Source: a virus
Taxonomy: Duplodnaviria; Caudoviricetes
DNA: 64,000 bases
Virus record (IMG/VR): IMGVR_UViG_3300028048_000059
Span: 32,001 to 96,000 of that record
Reading direction: 5' to 3' (one strand)
The position numbers and the translations under genes are program-made. A model generated the notes under the pieces. It saw nothing but the letters and a program-made list of their open reading frames with translations, ran no database searches and was not told the DNA's origin. This document shows, one piece after another, positions 48,987 to 58,068 of the stretch (its first letter is position 1; the number at the start of each line of letters is the position of its first letter).

Positions 48987-50068
48987 TCTATATTTTCAAC
49001 GTATTTCCATTTATAACCATATGCAGTTTTTAATTTACCACGACATGCTTTGGTAATAGATGAGCCGCCTTGATTCTTACCCAAGGCTTTCGCCGCGTCC
49101 GCGGCACTATCATATTGCATAATAAAATTATCATTTAAGTCATATTGATTAATTTGCTTTTTATGATAGTCTTTTCGATGTTGATACCGATAAATTTTTT
49201 GTTCAATGGTTTCTGGATCGTCTACATAACGCCATAAAAATTTACCACACTGGTAAATTTCATTTTTTAATGCGGCCTCAATAGTTGCACGATGCATATT
49301 TATTTCATTCGCGGCCTCAATAATAGAATTATAAGTTTTAATTAATTTACCATTTAAATCATATTGTTCAATACTTTTTTTAGTTTTGGCTATTGGTATA
49401 TTCTCAATAATTTCTTGTATATTAACATCGTCTTCTTCATGCACCCAAATATACCCATAAGCTAAATGCGTTTGATTATTACACGCGACTCTTATATGAG
49501 TTTCGCTAAAAGGAGTGGAAGATAACACATCTTGTATACAGGAAAAACGATGCAGTAAAACGCCAGTTAAATCATATTGTAAAATAGGTTTTTTCCTTTT
49601 TTCGCCGGCCTTCAACATACTTCTAGAACGTATATTTTGTTCAGAAATATTATTATTATCTTTTAATATCATGCTAACCGTCACGACACTGCATGATAGG
49701 GTTTGAGCAATTTCTTGCGCAGTTAGTCCATCGTTCCAATATTCTATTGCAAGTGAATGATCAAATTTACAATTATTACTATTTCCGCCCATGGTAGAAT
49801 TATATCCATAATTATGATCATAACTTTTATATAATTTAATATAATATTGTTCGCGTTCATTTAACAGACTATCATCGCATTCTTCTAATTGCTCAATAGT
49901 AAAATTCTCAGTTCCATATTTTCTTAATGCACGAATAAAATATACGTCGGGTTTCAGACGCTTTGCTTCGCTTTTATGTTGCACCCATCTGGTATTAATA
50001 GAATTAACTGTTTGCCCGACATATTTTTTTTGATTTATGTTATTTGTGATTAAATAAATATATCCCAT
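48983..50068 (-). CDS. Free-standing GIY-YIG homing endonuclease with HTH and three NUMOD1 repeats
   Basis: GYIY…KYVGQT…RW..H, GYNSTMGG; three QYDL repeats. Confidence 0.9.
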   Translation of the reverse strand: MGYIYLITNNINQKKYVGQTVNSINTRWVQHKSEAKRLKPDVYFIRALRKYGTENFTIEQLEECDDSLLNEREQYYIKLYKSYDHNYGYNSTMGGNSNNCKFDHSLAIEYWNDGLTAQEIAQTLSCSVVTVSMILKDNNNISEQNIRSRSMLKAGEKRKKPILQYDLTGVLLHRFSCIQDVLSSTPFSETHIRVACNNQTHLAYGYIWVHEEDDVNIQEIIENIPIAKTKKSIEQYDLNGKLIKTYNSIIEAANEINMHRATIEAALKNEIYQCGKFLWRYVDDPETIEQKIYRYQHRKDYHKKQINQYDLNDNFIMQYDSAADAAKALGKNQGGSSITKACRGKLKTAYGYKWKYVENID

Positions 50069-50131
50069 ATTTACCTCCTAAATTATTGCATTCTACGGTC
50101 CCCAATAACATGTAGGAAAAATATGGGATAT
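50060..50131 (-). promoter_or_regulatory. Hairpin sequestering RBS and start codon of the free-standing GIY-YIG gene
   Basis: 13-bp inverted repeat ATATCCCATATTT/AAATATGGGATAT plus TCCTA/TAGGA. Confidence 0.75.
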
Positions 50132-50146
50132 TCTATTTATTTTTTA

Positions 50147-51148
50147 TCACTTAAAAAGATCACGCATCTCCGTCAAGAACATTTGAACCAAATCTTTTTG
50201 AGATGGGACGGCTTGACTAATCTTAAAATCTGGTGAACCAAAGATACGATTAATAATATCTTTTAATATATTTAATCTGTGTTCTTTTTCTTCATCTGTC
50301 GCCGCGCCATTAAGATAGCGAACCCAATTATCTTTCGTCTCTTGCATGAGCTCGTCAAATGATTGCTCAACCGTAGTATCTGCTTCAATATGATCTACAA
50401 TGGTCGCTCCATCAAGCTTGCCTTGCATTTCAATAGCGTCTCCAATTGCTTCAACTAGCTCTGAATAGCCAAATGGGATTTTACTTTTTAGATATTTCCA
50501 CCTACTGCCAGCAAAAATTGTTGGAGTTTGTCTGGTGTAAAGCCATCTAGTAGCCTGACCATTTGCATCGAATTCAACTCCGATATAAGCAATTAAGTCA
50601 CAAATTGCATTACAAACGGTATAAATGTTTTTATTTAAATCTGGCTCTACACTTGTTAAAGCATTTCCTTCTGCATCAGTATATGGAGATTGCTTTTCTT
50701 TACTGTGGCAAATAAGAATTAATCCAAAACCAAGCATTGTAATTTCACGCAGTGTATCTGACAATTCTTTCGAAACCATCTTCCACCCTTGACCGTACGG
50801 AATTTCATTTAGCTTGGTGACGCCCTCTCTGGCTAAAATAAATTTTTCACAAAGGTCAGCAGCGATAGAAATTGTATCGATTGTCACCGTATCAAACAAT
50901 TCTCTCGCGCGTGGATCTTTTAGCTGTTTAATAACAGCACGAATGTCGCCCCATTTTGTTATCTTTTGAGCTGTGATGCCATTAATAGCATTATAACCAA
51001 TTTCTGTGGCAAGAAATAGATTTCTCGGTAGCTGAGCGGCAAAAGATGTTTTACCAACTTTTGGTTTAGAATATAATAGAATGTATTTAGCTGAGAGATC
51101 GCGGCTAATTACAGTTGGCTTAATTGAAAAGATATCGACATCAGCCAT
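50147..51148 (-). CDS. AAA_24/Sak4-like ATPase (single-strand annealing)
   Basis: LYSKPKVGKTS, TIDT, YGQGW, LILICH, AGSR. Confidence 0.82.
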   Translation of the reverse strand: MADVDIFSIKPTVISRDLSAKYILLYSKPKVGKTSFAAQLPRNLFLATEIGYNAINGITAQKITKWGDIRAVIKQLKDPRARELFDTVTIDTISIAADLCEKFILAREGVTKLNEIPYGQGWKMVSKELSDTLREITMLGFGLILICHSKEKQSPYTDAEGNALTSVEPDLNKNIYTVCNAICDLIAYIGVEFDANGQATRWLYTRQTPTIFAGSRWKYLKSKIPFGYSELVEAIGDAIEMQGKLDGATIVDHIEADTTVEQSFDELMQETKDNWVRYLNGAATDEEKEHRLNILKDIINRIFGSPDFKISQAVPSQKDLVQMFLTEMRDLFK

Positions 51149-51178
51149 ACTATCACCCCATTATAAATATAGTTGGGA

Positions 51179-52069
51179 TTATTCCCAACTATACTTACTA
51201 GATTCGGCCGCAGGCTTGGCCGCAGGCTTATTTGTAGCATTGATTTGAAGCTGCTCGATATTGGCCTTGCGTACATTGAATGCCTTCTTAATATCCGCCG
51301 GATCATATGCAAACTCTTCTTCAAACGGCTCATCAGAACCACGAGTAATAATTAGTTCGCGGGCTGTACGTGTAGAAGTTTCTTCAACTTCCTCACCCCA
51401 AGAAGAATTTGAAGCAGTGCGCTTTTCTTCCACAGAAGTATAACGAATATGACCGCCAGCATGCACTGTATCATTCACATTCCAATTCCTCTGAACGAAA
51501 TCAATGTAATCTTGCTGCTCAACGACAAACTCAATAACATCAAGCTTACCGCCGTATTGTACAACGCCACCCTTTACAATGAAACGTCCAGTTGGGTCAC
51601 CTTCACGATCAAGTTCATCGTGCATATCCATAATGAAAATATCGATATCAAAGATCGCTGTGTCGGAAATATTTCCACCATTAGAAATGAATGGTGTATT
51701 AATCTGCCATCCACTGATAAGCTGACCACTACGTGTTACAAAATTATTTTCACGCACGTTCGCACTGGTTAGACTGATACGAGACGCGGCCGCTTCGCCT
51801 ACTTCCTGCACCGTCTTCATTTGCTTCATTTCTTGGATACAACGCCAACCAGGATGAGCCTTACCAGTTGATGTAGTCGGTGTCGCAAAAATGCTTACTG
51901 GAATTTCGCTTGTCTCTTCTCGACCACTATATGTATGAGTGGTTCGAATAGTAAAATTCACACTTTCATACTGAGACCCGGTTTTAAGAGTTCCATTACG
52001 GAAAGTACAATCAAGAAGCTTACCTACAATCTTTAACTTATTTGTTGCTTGTTCACCAATATTCTTCAT
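51179..52069 (-). CDS. Putative single-stranded DNA-binding protein (tandem OB folds)
   Basis: NKLKIVG.L start, beta-rich, flexible tail; adjacent to the Sak4-like ATPase. Confidence 0.62.
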   Translation of the reverse strand: MKNIGEQATNKLKIVGKLLDCTFRNGTLKTGSQYESVNFTIRTTHTYSGREETSEIPVSIFATPTTSTGKAHPGWRCIQEMKQMKTVQEVGEAAASRISLTSANVRENNFVTRSGQLISGWQINTPFISNGGNISDTAIFDIDIFIMDMHDELDREGDPTGRFIVKGGVVQYGGKLDVIEFVVEQQDYIDFVQRNWNVNDTVHAGGHIRYTSVEEKRTASNSSWGEEVEETSTRTARELIITRGSDEPFEEEFAYDPADIKKAFNVRKANIEQLQINATNKPAAKPAAESSKYSWE

Positions 52070-52100
52070 ATAATTTCTCCTTTTGTTTTACTTTACTTTA

Positions 52101-52129
52101 ATTATACTATAATTTTTATTTTATGTCAA
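52101..52129 (-). promoter_or_regulatory. sigmaA promoter
   Basis: TTGACA-17-TATAAT. Confidence 0.87.
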
Positions 52130-52133
52130 ATAG

Positions 52134-52161
52134 AAAAAAGAAGCGGCTTATTCAGCCGCTT
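52134..52161 (-). terminator. Intrinsic terminator
   Basis: AAGCGGCT/AGCCGCTT stem followed by a T run on the minus strand. Confidence 0.78.
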
Positions 52162-52165
52162 ACTT

Positions 52166-52516
52166 TTAAGCTTCTGCCTTCGCGGCCTTAGCAGCAGCAC
52201 GCTCGGCGGCCTTCGCAGCCTTTTCAGCAGCGAGAGCCTCAGCCTCAGCTACTGGGTCATAGGCTAGGCCAGCCTCAGTAAGCTGGTGATACTTTACAAC
52301 ACGGACCTTCGCCTTACGGGTATCGGTGGCGGGAACATCCTCAACAGTTTCTTCGCGGGTAACAGTGCAGAAACCACGACGGGTTAGACCATTAATAGTG
52401 CCAGTTACAGCGGAAACAGAAATACCAAGAGCCGCTGCGATGTCTTGCTTGCTAACGTCAGTACCATAATTTTGCTTTAGATAATTTAGAACCATTTCAC
52501 TATTTGCAGTTGCCAT
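52166..52516 (-). CDS. Winged-HTH DNA-binding protein with Ala/Lys-rich tail
   Basis: VLNYLK…KQDIAAALGISVSAVTGTINGL.RRG…LTEAG; own promoter and terminator. Confidence 0.75.
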   Translation of the reverse strand: MATANSEMVLNYLKQNYGTDVSKQDIAAALGISVSAVTGTINGLTRRGFCTVTREETVEDVPATDTRKAKVRVVKYHQLTEAGLAYDPVAEAEALAAEKAAKAAERAAAKAAKAEA

Positions 52517-52605
52517 AATTTTTTCTCCTTTTGCGTTTATAATCGCATTTTAATAATTTATTTTTAAAGCGGCCGGATTTCCTTTCCGTTCCTCTTTATG
52601 TATAT

Positions 52606-52634
52606 ATTATACATGAATTTTTATCAAAAGTCAA
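52606..52634 (-). promoter_or_regulatory. sigmaA promoter (the -35 overlaps the upstream TGA stop)
   Basis: TTGACT-17-TATAAT. Confidence 0.83.
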
Positions 52635-53008
52635 GTATTTATCGTGAAAATTTTTTCACTTAAATTTTGAGTTTCTTCTTCTGTCTCACATTCATTAAGA
52701 ATACGCTGTAACTTGGGGATAATATCAATTTTATATCCCTCTAATGCAGTTTTTTCCGTTTCAATTCTGCGTTCCAACTGTTGAGACACAATCATCGCGC
52801 CAATTAGTAGTTTAGCAAAATCGGCGTGTGACAGTTGTTCATTTGCAAGAATTTTATTACGTAAATTTTTATAATTTTCTTGCATACCCTCAGCCGCAGC
52901 GACGCCCTTGTCGTCATTGCTTTGTCTATTAAAATCAATAACCTCGGCAGACAAGACATCAATTGTGCGGCTGATTTCTTCAAAAAGTTTTATATAATTT
53001 TTATCCAT
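52631..53008 (-). CDS. Hypothetical helical protein
   Basis: 125 aa ORF directly after gyrA. Confidence 0.7.
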   Translation of the reverse strand: MDKNYIKLFEEISRTIDVLSAEVIDFNRQSNDDKGVAAAEGMQENYKNLRNKILANEQLSHADFAKLLIGAMIVSQQLERRIETEKTALEGYKIDIIPKLQRILNECETEEETQNLSEKIFTINT

Positions 53009-53017
53009 AATAACACC

Positions 53018-55396
53018 TTACATAATTTCAATAGATGCTGTATTATTACGAGCATCAATGATGCGTACACCAGTTGTTGTCCTATTTTGCACAGGTACGT
53101 CTTCAATATTTAAAAGGACAGACTTTGTTCCTGTTGCAACAAATAAAGTATGCTGGTCTTCTGGAATAACACGTGCGGCCGCCACATAGTTGTTGTCTTT
53201 CAATAACATAATCGAGGAGCCTTTAACGCATCGTGACGTCATCGTGAAATCAGATAGTGGAGTAATTTTTCCATATCCTTCCGTAGAAATGGTCAGCAAT
53301 CCCTTGTAAGAAAATGCTTTTTTAACTAGTGTTGTTGCTGCAACAAACTCAGTTTCTTTTAGCTTAATAGCTTTTACTCCTTTTGTGTTACGCCCAGTGG
53401 CATTGATTTCGATTAAATTATAATAATTATAATTGCCACTGTTGCTAATAATAAAGATGGCGTCTTCATCGGTGGATGATAGAAAGGCATTGACTAGTGT
53501 ATCGCCGTCTTCAAGTTTTACCGCGGCGGCACCTTTTGTGGCGCGCACATTGTATTCAGAGATATAGCTTTTCTTGATATATCCTTTCTTACTTACGGTT
53601 ACTAAATTACGATAAGATTGGAATGTGGTGCCATCAATTAAGAATAGAACTTTTTCATCATTCTTCAAAGCAAGTAGTTCATAAATACTGTAATCTACTT
53701 CATACTCTAAGTCACTTAATGAAAAATTATACATGCGGCCGCCATTGGTCAACGCATTAACAATACTCAAATTTGTTGCATACAATGTATTAATTAGGTT
53801 TGCATTTTTTGGTGGCTTTAAATTAGTGCCTTTGCGTCCACGTTTTCCACCTTGTAGCTCTTCTTTTTTAATAATACGAATCATATTATTATCAAAAAGG
53901 AGAACGCCAACCTTTTCTTCAATGATTTCGGGTTTTTCTTCTTCACTTTCATGCAGATCAATAATTTTGGTTCTACGTTCATCGCCAAATTTGTCTGCAA
54001 TTTCTTGTAAAATTTTAATTAGTTCAGCGTCCAAAGCGGTGCTATCTGTTAATAGGTGCTGATACCAAGCAATTTTCTCATCAAGTTCTTTTGCCTCATT
54101 ATTCAATTTTACAATGTCTAATTTGGTTAAAGAAGACAATTTCATTGCAAGGATTGCTTTTGCCTGATCTTCATTAAAGCCATGCGTATTAATTAATTTG
54201 TTTGCGGCTTCTGTTGGATTCGCGGAGCTTCTAATTAATGCTACAACTTCATCAATAATTGAATAGGCTTTAATCAAACCATCTACAATATTCTTGCGGG
54301 CTAATGCTTTATCAAGGTCAAATTGGACTTCATTGTGCTTGCATTTTCTAATATGGGTGATATATGCTCTGCATGCATCTGCCCACCCAAAAATTTTAGG
54401 AAAACGTCCTTGATCAAGCAAAATCATATTAATAGAATACCAATATTCTAATGATGTATCTTTATATAATTTTTCAATGATGCGTTTAACATTTACTCCT
54501 TTTGATAAATAAATTCTAATATCGGCCTCTTTTTTTGTATGATCAACGACTTTCTCAATACCGTAATTTTCATTTTCACTAACAATTGCTGCCAATTGAT
54601 CGATAATAGTGTTTGTAAAAACACTGTATGGTAAATTAGTGGCTTGAATCATATTTTGATCAGGGTCATATTTTAATGTTGCTCTAATTCTAATAGATTC
54701 CCCTTTTCCATTTTTGAGCGATTGCTTTACAGCGGCAGCATTGATGATTGTGCCGCCACATGGAAAATCTGGCGAACAATAAATTTCATCGAAAGAAGCA
54801 TTTGAATTTTTAATGAGAGTAATTAAAGCATTATTAACCTCTTTAAGATTAAAAGTTGGTACGCTTGTAGCAAGTGCGACAGCAATGCCAGAGCATCCAT
54901 TCACGATATTCCAAAAGCCGATTGATGGGAATACACTAGGAATCATTTCTGTGTCATCATAATTTGAATAATATTCATCGCCAATCGCGTTTTTCTTTAA
55001 ACCAGCAAATAGAATATCAGAAATTTCCGCCGCCTTCATTTCAACATAACGCGCGGCCGCATGACTATCAGGTGATGATGGATTGCCATAGTTACCTTGT
55101 ACTGCTTCAAGCGGATAACGATAAGACCATGGCCTTGCAGCACGAATAAAAGTGTCATACATCGCTGCATCGCCATGGACATAAGCGAGACTCATTGCTG
55201 AGGCTACAGACTTCTGTGCCTTCTGGTACTTATCTTTATAAGTTAGCTTATTTGAATATTGTGCATACAAGCCTTGCCGCAAACCAATCTTTAAAAAATC
55301 CCTTACATCGGGCAACGCTCTCTCCTGTGCGACCGAAGCTCCATATTTGAGGAAAGCTGTTTCAACTGTCTGTTGAAAATCTACATTACGTATCAT
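53018..55396 (-). CDS. gyrA: Type IIA topoisomerase (gyrase/topo IV) subunit A
   Basis: RALPDVRD.LK, HGD, AAARY catalytic Tyr, SGIAV, PDFP.GG, C-terminal beta-pinwheel repeats. Confidence 0.92.
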   Translation of the reverse strand: MIRNVDFQQTVETAFLKYGASVAQERALPDVRDFLKIGLRQGLYAQYSNKLTYKDKYQKAQKSVASAMSLAYVHGDAAMYDTFIRAARPWSYRYPLEAVQGNYGNPSSPDSHAAARYVEMKAAEISDILFAGLKKNAIGDEYYSNYDDTEMIPSVFPSIGFWNIVNGCSGIAVALATSVPTFNLKEVNNALITLIKNSNASFDEIYCSPDFPCGGTIINAAAVKQSLKNGKGESIRIRATLKYDPDQNMIQATNLPYSVFTNTIIDQLAAIVSENENYGIEKVVDHTKKEADIRIYLSKGVNVKRIIEKLYKDTSLEYWYSINMILLDQGRFPKIFGWADACRAYITHIRKCKHNEVQFDLDKALARKNIVDGLIKAYSIIDEVVALIRSSANPTEAANKLINTHGFNEDQAKAILAMKLSSLTKLDIVKLNNEAKELDEKIAWYQHLLTDSTALDAELIKILQEIADKFGDERRTKIIDLHESEEEKPEIIEEKVGVLLFDNNMIRIIKKEELQGGKRGRKGTNLKPPKNANLINTLYATNLSIVNALTNGGRMYNFSLSDLEYEVDYSIYELLALKNDEKVLFLIDGTTFQSYRNLVTVSKKGYIKKSYISEYNVRATKGAAAVKLEDGDTLVNAFLSSTDEDAIFIISNSGNYNYYNLIEINATGRNTKGVKAIKLKETEFVAATTLVKKAFSYKGLLTISTEGYGKITPLSDFTMTSRCVKGSSIMLLKDNNYVAAARVIPEDQHTLFVATGTKSVLLNIEDVPVQNRTTTGVRIIDARNNTASIEIM

Positions 55397-56174
55397 ATCC
55401 TTCTCCTTCCATCAATCTGTTTATTTGTTTATCCCAAGCAGAAAAATCTGTTTTCATTTGTCCGCCAGAATAATCTAATATTAATAATGGAATATTATGA
55501 CTTTTACAATATTCTTGTTTCATTTTATCATGTTCTATTACGTCATAATTATACCAACCATTATTCGTATCATAATGCTGGCTGCCTTGTATTTCTATAC
55601 AGGCTGCTACTTTATTATTCTTTAATATAGCAAAATCAAATCGTAATGATTTAACATCACTTAAATCTTTAAAGGTATATTCTTCTTCAAAATCATAATT
55701 ATGATTTTTAAGAAAATCTCTTACATATAATTCTCCACGAGATTTATTATGCTTACCACAGCTACCTATTATACCATTTTTGATCCAATTCGCACGAATT
55801 TCCACTATATCGCCGCATAATAAACATTGACAAATTACTTTTCTACGTCTTTTATTATCAGCATCTACATCATAATCTCCAATACCTATAACTTTAAGAA
55901 AATTATAAGTTTGACCAATCATCTTTTCGCAAATATCATTACTTCTTCGTTCACTTATGCGCTTACGTCTGTCACATTGCCCGCAAGATTTAGTTCTGCC
56001 ACTACGTAAACTTTCACCTAACACAGTATAAAAATTACCGCAAGAGCATTGACAGTTCCAACAAACGCGACGTTTTCCACTTGGATTTATTTGGTCTTCA
56101 GCACGTGAAATAACTGTTAAATCTCCATACACATTCCCTATTTCATTTTTTAATTTTGCCATCACAATCACCAT
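55386..56174 (-). CDS. Free-standing putative homing endonuclease (two CxCxCG…SCG repeats plus PD-(D/E)XK/DUF2726-like domain)
   Basis: WNCQCSCG…TKSCG; SRGE; LRFDFAI…IEIQGSQHY…D.MKQEYC. Confidence 0.8.
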   Translation of the reverse strand: MVIVMAKLKNEIGNVYGDLTVISRAEDQINPSGKRRVCWNCQCSCGNFYTVLGESLRSGRTKSCGQCDRRKRISERRSNDICEKMIGQTYNFLKVIGIGDYDVDADNKRRRKVICQCLLCGDIVEIRANWIKNGIIGSCGKHNKSRGELYVRDFLKNHNYDFEEEYTFKDLSDVKSLRFDFAILKNNKVAACIEIQGSQHYDTNNGWYNYDVIEHDKMKQEYCKSHNIPLLILDYSGGQMKTDFSAWDKQINRLMEGEGYDT

Positions 56175-56431
56175 CCTAATATTCTTTCTGCCATTTTTAG
56201 CCGTTCTAATTCTTGTTCTTCAAAGTATTTTAAAAGCATATCAAATTTATCACCTGATAAATTTGAAGAACCAGAGCGCCATTTATAGAGCATAGCAGAA
56301 CTTATACCTGTGGCTGCGGCAATATTTTCAATATTTTTCCCGTCACAAGTTTTTGGATTAATATTTGCCGCGGTTCGAAGCAATTCATTCATCTCTGCGA
56401 ATGTTTTATACATATTACCGCCTCCTTTCAT
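56168..56431 (-). CDS. XRE-family HTH protein
   Basis: IENIAAATGISSAMLYKWRSG; AAAGGAGG RBS (likely start MYKT). Confidence 0.78.
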   Translation of the reverse strand: MKGGGNMYKTFAEMNELLRTAANINPKTCDGKNIENIAAATGISSAMLYKWRSGSSNLSGDKFDMLLKYFEEQELERLKMAERILGW

Positions 56432-56512
56432 GGAATAAGTAGAATTATTAGAATGAGATTATAATAATTTACGCTTGATAAGAAAAATTTTCTTCCTTTT
56501 CTTATTTATTAT

Positions 56513-56541
56513 ATTATAACATAGTTTTAGAGAGAAGTCAA
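56513..56541 (-). promoter_or_regulatory. sigmaA promoter
   Basis: TTGACT-17-TATAAT with TG extension. Confidence 0.83.
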
Positions 56542-56545
56542 ACTT

Positions 56546-56869
56546 TTATTCATTGCTTTTTGCTACATTACCAGTTTTAGATTTAAATAATTCTTCATAA
56601 TTTATAACGATAAAATAATCTCTTTTTTCTTCTGGCTCATAAAAATAATCGTCTGGATTATCATCATAAGCAAATGTTGAAGCTATAATGCTATATGGCC
56701 ATCTATTAGCAAGCTCAAAATCATTATAAGTAATACTAGGCGGTTCACTAATTCCGCAACAATCTATTTTAAGTTTACGTGGATAGTTTTCAATAAAATT
56801 TAAAAATTCTTGTTTAGATACTTTTTTCCTAATTGGTTTAGCCGTATAAAAAAATTCTTGAGGCTTCAT
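56546..56869 (-). CDS. Hypothetical protein
   Basis: AGGAG RBS, 107 aa. Confidence 0.7.
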   Translation of the reverse strand: MKPQEFFYTAKPIRKKVSKQEFLNFIENYPRKLKIDCCGISEPPSITYNDFELANRWPYSIIASTFAYDDNPDDYFYEPEEKRDYFIVINYEELFKSKTGNVAKSNE

Positions 56870-56913
56870 TTAATTCTCCTTAATTACTCAAAATACTAAA
56901 ATTAACATAGGTT

Positions 56914-57114
56914 TTAAAAATCATCAATTACTTTACATTCTGTAATACTACAAATGCACCCATGCTTTTTAGAATAGTCTTGTAATGATTTTATTAAATT
57001 ATCGCAGCAATATGAACTATTATTTAAATAAAATTCAATTTCATTCGTATCCCACTCTTCTGGGAAATCCATCGGTAAATTTATTTTTATTTCTATATTC
57101 TTTATTTGTCTCAT
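56914..57114 (-). CDS. Hypothetical protein
   Basis: 66 aa; IEFYLNNSSYCCDN pattern. Confidence 0.6.
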   Translation of the reverse strand: MRQIKNIEIKINLPMDFPEEWDTNEIEFYLNNSSYCCDNLIKSLQDYSKKHGCICSITECKVIDDF

Positions 57115-57135
57115 ATAATAATTATTTTATAAAAT

Positions 57136-57306
57136 TTAATTATTGTCAATATTCAAAAGTTCTGGTGCATAATATTCCAACGCTTGAATTACTCGATACA
57201 TACTAATTAATTCAGAACCATTAGTATAAATTTCTTCTGTATCCTTAAAACTATAAAATTGTAAAAAATCTGTAATCTTATCAGGAAAATTCATTGTATC
57301 AGCCAT
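57136..57306 (-). CDS. 56-aa hypothetical protein missed by the ORF track (MADTMNFPDK…YTNGSELIS…)
   Basis: AAAGGAGG RBS, ATG 57306, TAA 57136-57138. Confidence 0.75.
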   Translation of the reverse strand: MADTMNFPDKITDFLQFYSFKDTEEIYTNGSELISMYRVIQALEYYAPELLNIDNN

Positions 57307-57342
57307 ATTATCCTCCTTTAATTATTATATATAATTATATAT

Positions 57343-57660
57343 TTAAAACTGTTCATTCATTTCATGCATAATTGAATATTTCTTTTTTAAAAATTTTGCA
57401 GTCTCACTGTCATAAGTCCCCCATATTTTAGAACGTTTTACAATTTGAGGAACATCAAAATATCTATTATTATTATTGTTCTTATTAATTTCACCATACA
57501 TATATCGTTCATTTAATCCAGTTTTATTTAAAAATAAATTTATAGAATTTTTAACCCATACTGATTTTGAACCATAAGGCCCACCGCTATCTCCGCCATG
57601 AGCATACATAGCAAAAAGCATTTCATTAATTTCATTAATATAACAATCAATAGGTAACAT
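57343..57660 (-). CDS. Hypothetical protein (HGGDSGGPY motif)
   Basis: AAGGAG RBS, 105 aa. Confidence 0.7.
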   Translation of the reverse strand: MLPIDCYINEINEMLFAMYAHGGDSGGPYGSKSVWVKNSINLFLNKTGLNERYMYGEINKNNNNNRYFDVPQIVKRSKIWGTYDSETAKFLKKKYSIMHEMNEQF

Positions 57661-57672
57661 TATATTCTCCTT

Positions 57673-58068
57673 TCACCTATTCAAAACACTAAAATCAACA
57701 TTTTCAAACAAGAAATCTCGTCTGCCATCAACTTCTGGCCCCATGAGCATCGTGATACTTTCAGACGCGGCTTCAACGTCATGAATTGTTAGCACTTCGA
57801 GCCGACGCTCAGTAGGATGAAGCATTGATTTCTCCATATCATCTGCTGAGAGTTCGCCCAACCCTTTTGCGCGTGTAATTTCCCAAGTTTCTCTACCCTT
57901 ACGAATTTTAGCTAATTCTTCATCATTATAGGCAAATAATTTATTATTACCTTTTTCAATTTTATAAAGTGGCGCGCGAAGCCAGCAAAGCCTTCCTTCT
58001 TCAATGAACTTAGGCATCAATACATAAAATAGAGTAGAAATTAGACACATAATTGAAAAACCATCTAC
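57673..58068 (-). CDS. gyrB: Type IIA topoisomerase subunit B, exon 2
   Basis: VDGFSI…APLYK…RAKGLGEL…LMG.EVDGRRDFL. Confidence 0.92.
   Translation of the reverse strand, partial: VDGFSIMCLISTLFYVLMPKFIEEGRLCWLRAPLYKIEKGNNKLFAYNDEELAKIRKGRETWEITRAKGLGELSADDMEKSMLHPTERRLEVLTIHDVEAASESITMLMGPEVDGRRDFLFENVDFSVLNR

Noticed and set aside
57121-57149. Possible extra sigmaA promoter TTGACA-17-AATAAT
   Set aside because: Non-consensus -10 in very AT-rich DNA, partly inside a coding region; plausible but not well supported.
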